Part shown: positions 57,364 to 64,000 of the stretch, piece by piece | How the letters are laid out: each line of letters opens with the position of its first letter | Position numbering within the stretch: position 1 is the first letter of the stretch | Origin: a bacterium | Lineage (GTDB): Bacteria > JACRDZ01 > JAQUKH01 | Direction: 5' to 3' | NCBI GenBank assembly: GCA_028719205.1 | Contig: JAQUKH010000006.1 | Location: forward strand, 1 to 64,000 | Length of the DNA stretch: 64,000 nt | The notes under the pieces: model-generated | Told to the model about the DNA's origin: nothing | The model's database searches: none | What the model saw: only the letters and a program-made list of their open reading frames with translations | Made by a program: the position numbers and the translations under genes

Positions 57364-58011
57364 ATGGATAACAAAATCGAAGTACTTTTAAGAAAAAATA
57401 AGGAATGGGCAAAATCGGTAAAGACCGGAGATCCTGATTTTTTTACTAAACTGACCAATGTCCAGAATCCGGAGCTTCTCTGGATTGGTTGTTCGGACAG
57501 CCGTGTTCCTGCTAACGAGATAGTCGGATTGTTACCCGGGGAATTGTTTGTCCATAGGAATGTCGCCAATCTTGTTGTGCAAACGGACCTCAATTGTCTT
57601 TCTGTTATCCAATACGCGGTTGATGTGCTTAAGGTGAAAGATATAATTGTCTGCGGCCATTATGGCTGCGGCGGGGTACATTCCGCGTTTGTAAATAATA
57701 AGCTGGGATTAATTGATAATTGGCTCCGTAATATTAAAGATGTAATGGAAAAGTATCAAAAAAAATTGTCAGCCATAAAGGATGAGGAAAAACGCCTTGA
57801 TAGATTATGTGAATTAAATGTGATGGAGCAGGTAATAAATGTTGCCCAGACCACGATATTGGAAGACGCCTGGAACCGGGGGCAGAATGTCGCGGTCCAT
57901 GGTTTGATCTATAGCCTCAAAGACGGAATGCTAAGGGACTTAAATGTCTGCATAAGAAATTTCTCGGATATTACGGAATTTTATAATAATATTAAAAAAG
58001 CAGGAAAATAG
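57364..58011 (+). CDS. can: Beta-class carbonic anhydrase
   Basis: WIGCSDSRVP, FVHRNVAN, CGHYGCGG, RLCELNV. Confidence 0.95.
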   Translation: MDNKIEVLLRKNKEWAKSVKTGDPDFFTKLTNVQNPELLWIGCSDSRVPANEIVGLLPGELFVHRNVANLVVQTDLNCLSVIQYAVDVLKVKDIIVCGHYGCGGVHSAFVNNKLGLIDNWLRNIKDVMEKYQKKLSAIKDEEKRLDRLCELNVMEQVINVAQTTILEDAWNRGQNVAVHGLIYSLKDGMLRDLNVCIRNFSDITEFYNNIKKAGK

Positions 58012-58038
58012 CAGGTTGATAATTAAATATGGGAACGT

Positions 58039-58089
58039 TGTTAAAAGAATAAAAGTATTTCCGGGGGGGAGCCTCTCAATTCTCCAAAC
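58039..58089 (+). pseudogene. Possible fragment of a mannose-6-phosphate isomerase (ManC-type cupin) gene
   Basis: Encodes VKRIKVFPGGSLSILQ, similar to the VKRIxVxPGxxLSLQ motif, then runs into the convergent gene. Confidence 0.4.
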
Positions 58090-59664
58090 TCAAATCTTCT
58101 CAATACTCTTCTCCACCGCCTTTATCGCATCCGCCGCCGAACTTGTTATCCCGCCTGTATATCCTGATCCTTCCCCAATCGGATATAAATTTTTAATGTT
58201 TATTGATTCATATGTTTCACTGCGTTTGATTTTTACGGGGCAGGTGGTTCTTGTTTCCACGCCTAACAGGATCGCGTGTTCTGAAACAAATAGAGGGTAA
58301 TCTTCTTTCCATTTATTAAACGCGGCCAGGATCGTTTTGGATACAAAGCCCGGGAAAATTTCGTTCATATTGACGGGGGTGGTTCCGGTTTTACATGAGT
58401 TTTTATTTAAATTAACGGAAAGTTTTCCCTGCATAAAATCTATCAGATTTTGCGCGGGAACCTTCCATTTTCCGCCTGCAAGGTTAAAGGCCTTTTGTTC
58501 TATATCCTTCTGGAACTGGATACCTGCCAGAGGGCCGGTTGCCCCATAATCATTTAAATGGCAGGGGACCACGACCGCGGCGTTTGAAAAGGGCGAGGAC
58601 CTTTTTGAATAACTCATGCCGTTCACGGCCAGGAAACCGTTCTCAGACGAAGCGTTCACTACCTCTCCGCCGGGGCACATGCAGAAGGTGTATGCTCCGC
58701 TTCCTATTTTGCGGTCGGTGTAGTTAAAAGAATAAACGGCGGCGCCTATGCCGGGGAAGTTTTTATATTTATTGCCGTACCTGATCAGATTTATTATTTC
58801 AACGGGGTGTTCAACTCTCATGCCGACAGAGATAGGTTTCTGTTCAATAGCTATACTTTTTTTGTGGAGCATCTCGAACGTGTCGCGCGCGGAATGGCCT
58901 AATGCCAGATAGATCAATGAAGAGCGGTATTCTTTTTCGCCGTTTATTATTACGCCTTCGGCTTTGCCATCCGAGATAAGCAGATCCGTCATTTTTGAGC
59001 TGTAAAATATCTCCCCGCCATTTTGGAGGATATAGTTTCGTATATTAACAACTATTTTGCATAATACATCCGTTCCTAAATGAGGTTTGCTGTGGTACCC
59101 GATCTCTTCGGGCGCGCCGAATTTTATAAAAGTGTCCAGCACCTTGTTTGAATGATAAGAGTTGCTGAGCCTTGAAAAAAGTTTTCCGTCCGAATATGAA
59201 CCGGCTCCGCCTTCACCAAATTGAATATTTGATTCGGGATCTAAAATTCTTTCTTTATTAAACCGCTCGACATCCACGGATCGGCCTTCTATTTTTTTAC
59301 CTCTTTCAAATATCAAAGGTTTGATCCCGCGGTCAATAAATTCGAGGGCGGCGAACATGCCGGCAGGGCCGAAGCCGATTATTATGGGCCTGTCCTTAAC
59401 TTTTTTAAATATTTTAGCCGGTTCTGTTATTTTCTTGTATATGGGGAAGTTCTCTTTATTGTCGAAGCTGTCCGCGACGCGTACAACTATTGAAATTTCG
59501 TAGAAGAATTGTTCTTTATCGTTCAGGTCAAGCGCTTTGCGGAGTATACTTACAAATTGGATCTTGCCGCGGATCTCATTCAGCTTTTGCGAAGCGGCAT
59601 TTATATATTCATCTATCCCGTCTTTTTCAACGGGTATCCGTAAATTATTTATTATTAGGTCCAA
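58090..59664 (-). CDS. Uncharacterised FAD-dependent dehydrogenase
   Basis: IIGFGPAG, FGEGGAGSYSDGKL, TFCMCPGG, GEGSGYTGGITSSA. Confidence 0.88.
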   Translation of the reverse strand: MDLIINNLRIPVEKDGIDEYINAASQKLNEIRGKIQFVSILRKALDLNDKEQFFYEISIVVRVADSFDNKENFPIYKKITEPAKIFKKVKDRPIIIGFGPAGMFAALEFIDRGIKPLIFERGKKIEGRSVDVERFNKERILDPESNIQFGEGGAGSYSDGKLFSRLSNSYHSNKVLDTFIKFGAPEEIGYHSKPHLGTDVLCKIVVNIRNYILQNGGEIFYSSKMTDLLISDGKAEGVIINGEKEYRSSLIYLALGHSARDTFEMLHKKSIAIEQKPISVGMRVEHPVEIINLIRYGNKYKNFPGIGAAVYSFNYTDRKIGSGAYTFCMCPGGEVVNASSENGFLAVNGMSYSKRSSPFSNAAVVVPCHLNDYGATGPLAGIQFQKDIEQKAFNLAGGKWKVPAQNLIDFMQGKLSVNLNKNSCKTGTTPVNMNEIFPGFVSKTILAAFNKWKEDYPLFVSEHAILLGVETRTTCPVKIKRSETYESINIKNLYPIGEGSGYTGGITSSAADAIKAVEKSIEKI

Positions 59665-59675
59665 AATGCCTCTTA

Positions 59676-62600
59676 CTACTCTTCAGGATATTGACTCTTC
59701 AGAAGGTCCAGTGTTTTTTTCGTGTCTGCTACTAGTTCATGATCAGGATAATCTTTGATAAATTTCTCAAGCTCGGCGATCGCTTTGCGCATTTCTCCGA
59801 GTGAAGTATAACATAAGCCTATTTTTAACTGGGCCGAGCCGTTCTTTTTTTTGTCCTGAGTATTAAATTTCAAATATTTTTGATAATATTCCAGGGCTTC
59901 TTTTGATTTATCCTGCGCGTAATAGAGTTCCGCTATTTCAAACGCCGCGCGCGCTTCCTGAGGATAGAAATTTATGATCTTTATAAAATAATTTAAGGCC
60001 TCGTCCTGTTTTTTTACTTCCAGCGAATAATCAGCCAGGAAATTTAAAGCTGTCAGATCTTTTTCCTCCAGCTTTAGAACCTGCTCATATTCCTTTGAAG
60101 CTTCATTTTTTAAAGCATTTTCCTTATATAAATTTGCCAGTGCCAATCGTGTTTTCAGGTCATCAGGCGTGACGGCAAGCTTATCATTATATTTTTTAAT
60201 TAATGACGGAACCATCATTTCTTTATAAAAAATCTTGAAATCAGCTTGTAATTTTGTATCCATATCCATTTCTTTCGGGATCTCGGGAATAACATCGTTC
60301 GCGGTTAAATTATCTTCAGGCGCGTTCACCCTGTATTCTTTCACGTTAAAAATTTCACCTTTTTCTTCCATGACAAGATATTCATTATATTTTTTTACTC
60401 CCTGTTTCCACGCGTCCGTAAAAGATGTGCCTAATAAAGACATGTCAACCGGTATCCAGATAAAATTATCCCTTTCCATATATAAGGTGGTATCGCCTGT
60501 AACTTTTTCCGGCTCTTCAATAGAGGCGCCTGTATTAACAAGCATAATAGTAAAAGATGAATTCCTGATAATGTTAACCGCGATACCTTCTTTTTCAAGG
60601 CAGGCGCTAAGCAAGATCGCGCAATCCAGGTCATTTCCTATCTTGTTTTTTAAGGTTATCCGTGGATATTGCGATCCCTTCGGCTTAATATTAAGATCAA
60701 TTTCTTTGTTTCGCGCGGTGCATGTCACTCCATAAACGCTTATACCGTCGTAAATAATAAATATTTTATACAATTCATTTGTAATATTATATTCATTTTT
60801 CCCGTGGTAAAGTTCCTGAACGCGTTTTGTAAAATCGCCGACCGGCGGGTCAGAAGGAGTTATGTGTTTGACAATATTTTCCTGTTCTTTTTTTATGAAG
60901 GTGTCCAGGTCCGTGAGCGCGTTTTTATATAATAAATTATCTTTCCCCGATCCTGCCGCTTTTTTGAACAATTCACGGGCTTTGTCGAAGGCTCCATAGC
61001 GCATATAAATTATTCCCATATAATAGTAACTTTCAGCGTTGTTCGGATCAATATCAAGGATCGCTTTGTATCCTTCAACAGCTTCTTTATTCATTTCTTT
61101 CTTACTGTATGTGGAAGCAAGAAGCAAGCGGGCTTTTATATTATTTTGCTCCAGTGAAATGGCCTTCTGAAAAGATTGAATAGCGTCATTATATTTTTCC
61201 TGTGTATTTTGCACGATACCAAGCTCAATATACGCGTCTATATTGTTTTCATCTGTTTTTATCACGTCTTTAAAATATTTTTCTGACTGTTTATAGTCTT
61301 TAATTCCGGAATAAAGCCTTCCCAGAGAAAAATTAATGGAAACTATATCTTTAGGATTTTTTGCCAATGCCTTTTGATACGCGTCTATCGCGTCGGGAAT
61401 ACGGTTTTTCTTTTCGTATAATACCGCGAGTTTTAAATACACATCCTGATAATTTGGATTTAGATTTACCACCGCGTTGAATTCATTTAAGGCCTTGTCT
61501 GTATCTGTGTTGAAAAACGCGAGCCCCATGTAATAATGGTAATCCGGATTTTCAGGTTCTAATTTTGTTGCCTCGCTGAATTCACGGATCGCGGCTTCTT
61601 TATCATCATTATAAAAATAAGCTAACCCGAGATTGTATTTGTAAAGCGGATTTTTAGGGCTGATCGTCCCGGCAACTCTGAATTCGGTAACAGCATCTTT
61701 ATAGCTTTTCTGGTTAAGATAAATTAATCCGATAAGAAAAAATATTTCATGATTTTGCGGCTCAAGTTCCGAAGCTTTTCTGAAAGATTTTATAGCCGGG
61801 TCATTTTTCCCCTGCTCGGCATATACTTTTCCAAGATAATAATGGGCATTAAATTCTCCCGGATTATTATCAGAGTAATTTTGTAATTCCTCCGCGGCCT
61901 GGTCATATTTATGCTGTTTATAATACGCGAATCCGAGTTCGTAATGCTTTTTTTGATCGGTTTCGCCAAGCAGAAAGGCATTTTTAAAAGCCGCTATGGC
62001 ATCATTATATAATTCTTTGTTTAAATACGCGGTGCCCAGTTCGGAATATATTATAAAAATATTTTTATCTGTTTTAAGGGCGTCTTCAAATTCAAAAATT
62101 GCTTTGTCATAAGACTTCTGCCTGGACAACGCGGCTCCGAGATAATAATGCGCGGATCCATTTTGGGGCTGCAGTTTTATTGTTTTACTGAATTTGTTTT
62201 CTGCTTCCGGCCATTTACCCTGTTTAAAGTAAATAATACCTAAATAGTAATACGCGTCATAATTATCAGGATAAAGTTCAATTTCTTTCTGTAAATTCAG
62301 GGCGCCTTCCTGGAATTTGTTCTGTTTGAAAAGGTTATATCCTAAGATAAAATGATCCGTGACAGGCGCGCCCGGAGAGCTCTCGATGCCGCTTGGGGTT
62401 ACAGCAGAGACCTTATAATAAGGGGACCGCGTTAAAGTGCTGTCCAGAGGCGCGGAGATAATAAAAAAATTTTCCCGGGTTTTATCAATAAAAGTATAAT
62501 TGCCGGTGAGTTCATCATTTTTATAAATATTATATTCAGATACAAATGATTCAGGATTTTTTTTCCATGTAAGTTTTATTTCTTTTTCATTTCCATAAGA

Positions 62601-64000
62601 AGCCAATTCGCCCGGAGCCTGCGGAGCTTCATGCAGGGCAAAAATCTGGACGCGCTTATTTTCCGTGTCCGCGACGTATATGTAATTTTGATTGTTCAGA
62701 TTTTTTACCGCAAGGCCCTGAGGGGTATTAAATTGCCCCATTCCTTTTCCTTCACTGCCGAATTCCATAATAAATTTAGCAGTATTGTCAATGATCTGTA
62801 CCCGGTTATTTCCTTTATCAAGCACATATATCTTTTTATCCTTATCCGTGCTGAGGCTGACCGGTTTATCAAATTCCACTTTTCCCTTTCCGTTCTTGCC
62901 AAAAGATAATTCATTGTTAAAATTAGCATAATATTTCTGTACGCGGTCATTCCCGGTATCAGCTACATAAATTATTCCATCCTGATCCAAAGCTATATCC
63001 TCAGGGCTATCCAGTTGATTCACCTTATTTCCTGATACCCCGAATTTACTTAAAAATACCCCGTCTTTATTAAATATCTGAACGCAATCATTTTTTTTAT
63101 CGGATACATAAAGTTTTTCACCTTTTTCATCATAAACAAGCCCGGAAGGGCTTAAAAATTCACCTTTTTCTTCTCCTTTGCGGCCAAATCCGAATAAATA
63201 TACTCCTGAAGAATCAAACACCTGGATACGATAATTTTTATTGTCGGATACGGCTATGTTGCCGCCGGGGCTTACTGCCAGGCCTGTCGGGTTTTCAAAT
63301 TTTCCTTTATCTTTTCCTTCCCCGCCAAAAACAAATTTTGATGTTCCGGCGGAATCAAATACCCCTATATTGTTATTTTCAATACTGGATACGTAAATAT
63401 TGCCGTAACTGTCTACTGTTATATCATTTGCCCTGCAGGGTATTTCGCGGATAAATACTACTTCAATAGGCCTCTGGGCGGAAAGTGTGTTATTTGTTTC
63501 ACCATCGGATATGATCTCGTAAACTTCCACGCGGTTATTCTTTTTATCAGCGATATATAATCTATTTTTTTTGTCCATATATATGCTTGAAAGTTCCAGG
63601 AACTGGCCCCGGCCGCTTCCTTTACTTCCAAAAGAATATAAAAAATCGCCCGTATTTGAGAATACATGAATACAGTTGTTTTCTATGTCCGTCGCGTATA
63701 GTATCCCGTTTCCGCTTATCGCGGCGGAAGAAAGCTGCTTGAATTTTTTGCTGTCTTTATCCCCGATCTTTAAAACAAAATATCCCATTAAATTTAATTT
63801 TTGTATACGGTTATTATCCTGGTCAACAACAAAAATATTACGTTCATTATCCACGACTACGCTTGACGGGTAATTGAACTGAGTGGGCAGGTTACCTGAA
63901 ACACCAAAGGACGCAATAAATATCCCCTGGCGGGTGAATACCTGGATACAGTCATTGCCGCTGTCCGCTATATAGATAAAATCATATAGATCTATGGCGA
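59676..64000 (-). CDS. Large NHL-repeat / FN3 / TPR / transglutaminase-like / TPR protein; N-terminus lies outside the window
   Basis: The frame stays open past 63854 to the window end (AIDLYDFIYIADSGNDCIQVF...). Many NHL blades, an FN3-like segment (LTW...YNIY...YKVSAV) and many TPRs. Confidence 0.88.
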   Translation of the reverse strand, partial: AIDLYDFIYIADSGNDCIQVFTRQGIFIASFGVSGNLPTQFNYPSSVVVDNERNIFVVDQDNNRIQKLNLMGYFVLKIGDKDSKKFKQLSSAAISGNGILYATDIENNCIHVFSNTGDFLYSFGSKGSGRGQFLELSSIYMDKKNRLYIADKKNNRVEVYEIISDGETNNTLSAQRPIEVVFIREIPCRANDITVDSYGNIYVSSIENNNIGVFDSAGTSKFVFGGEGKDKGKFENPTGLAVSPGGNIAVSDNKNYRIQVFDSSGVYLFGFGRKGEEKGEFLSPSGLVYDEKGEKLYVSDKKNDCVQIFNKDGVFLSKFGVSGNKVNQLDSPEDIALDQDGIIYVADTGNDRVQKYYANFNNELSFGKNGKGKVEFDKPVSLSTDKDKKIYVLDKGNNRVQIIDNTAKFIMEFGSEGKGMGQFNTPQGLAVKNLNNQNYIYVADTENKRVQIFALHEAPQAPGELASYGNEKEIKLTWKKNPESFVSEYNIYKNDELTGNYTFIDKTRENFFIISAPLDSTLTRSPYYKVSAVTPSGIESSPGAPVTDHFILGYNLFKQNKFQEGALNLQKEIELYPDNYDAYYYLGIIYFKQGKWPEAENKFSKTIKLQPQNGSAHYYLGAALSRQKSYDKAIFEFEDALKTDKNIFIIYSELGTAYLNKELYNDAIAAFKNAFLLGETDQKKHYELGFAYYKQHKYDQAAEELQNYSDNNPGEFNAHYYLGKVYAEQGKNDPAIKSFRKASELEPQNHEIFFLIGLIYLNQKSYKDAVTEFRVAGTISPKNPLYKYNLGLAYFYNDDKEAAIREFSEATKLEPENPDYHYYMGLAFFNTDTDKALNEFNAVVNLNPNYQDVYLKLAVLYEKKNRIPDAIDAYQKALAKNPKDIVSINFSLGRLYSGIKDYKQSEKYFKDVIKTDENNIDAYIELGIVQNTQEKYNDAIQSFQKAISLEQNNIKARLLLASTYSKKEMNKEAVEGYKAILDIDPNNAESYYYMGIIYMRYGAFDKARELFKKAAGSGKDNLLYKNALTDLDTFIKKEQENIVKHITPSDPPVGDFTKRVQELYHGKNEYNITNELYKIFIIYDGISVYGVTCTARNKEIDLNIKPKGSQYPRITLKNKIGNDLDCAILLSACLEKEGIAVNIIRNSSFTIMLVNTGASIEEPEKVTGDTTLYMERDNFIWIPVDMSLLGTSFTDAWKQGVKKYNEYLVMEEKGEIFNVKEYRVNAPEDNLTANDVIPEIPKEMDMDTKLQADFKIFYKEMMVPSLIKKYNDKLAVTPDDLKTRLALANLYKENALKNEASKEYEQVLKLEEKDLTALNFLADYSLEVKKQDEALNYFIKIINFYPQEARAAFEIAELYYAQDKSKEALEYYQKYLKFNTQDKKKNGSAQLKIGLCYTSLGEMRKAIAELEKFIKDYPDHELVADTKKTLDLLKSQYPEE

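Noticed and set aside
58016-58300. 94-aa ORF as a real gene
   Set aside because: Most of it is antisense to the FAD dehydrogenase; only a short cupin-like stretch looks meaningful.

Overview
A 64-kb, AT-rich chromosomal segment from a diderm, probably anaerobic bacterium; the lineage cannot be determined from the sequence alone. It is mostly housekeeping: PPi-type pfk, gltX, rel, a central-carbon operon (LeuCD-like hydratase, NADP-type IDH, an embedded orphan PAS histidine kinase, mdh, PfpI, fumarase alpha, glpX), comM, mlaE/mlaD, rsmI, split transketolase, ftsEX-ctpA, tsaD-dusB-M23-coaC-tmk-holB-ricT-metG, mobA-tatA-hisI and HtrA-like proteases. There are two accessory stretches: about 20.1-26.3 kb after comM, and about 52.6-58.1 kb. 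I found no tRNA, rRNA, CRISPR array, integrase or transposase. Most notable: (1) an integrase-free, AT-rich two-gene cassette lying between intact comM and a second, synonymously diverged and internally deleted copy of the comM 3' end; (2) a structured ~80-nt element repeated upstream of mlaD and tatA that ends in their Shine-Dalgarno sequences; (3) a probable TCA operon using a LeuCD-type heterodimer as aconitase, with a translationally coupled kinase; (4) an envelope-spanning MlaD with a C-terminal beta-barrel-like region; (5) several apparently leaderless genes (gltX, rel, comM and others); (6) GTAG-type REPs, heptamer repeats, small ORFs and gene remnants missed by the ORF track.
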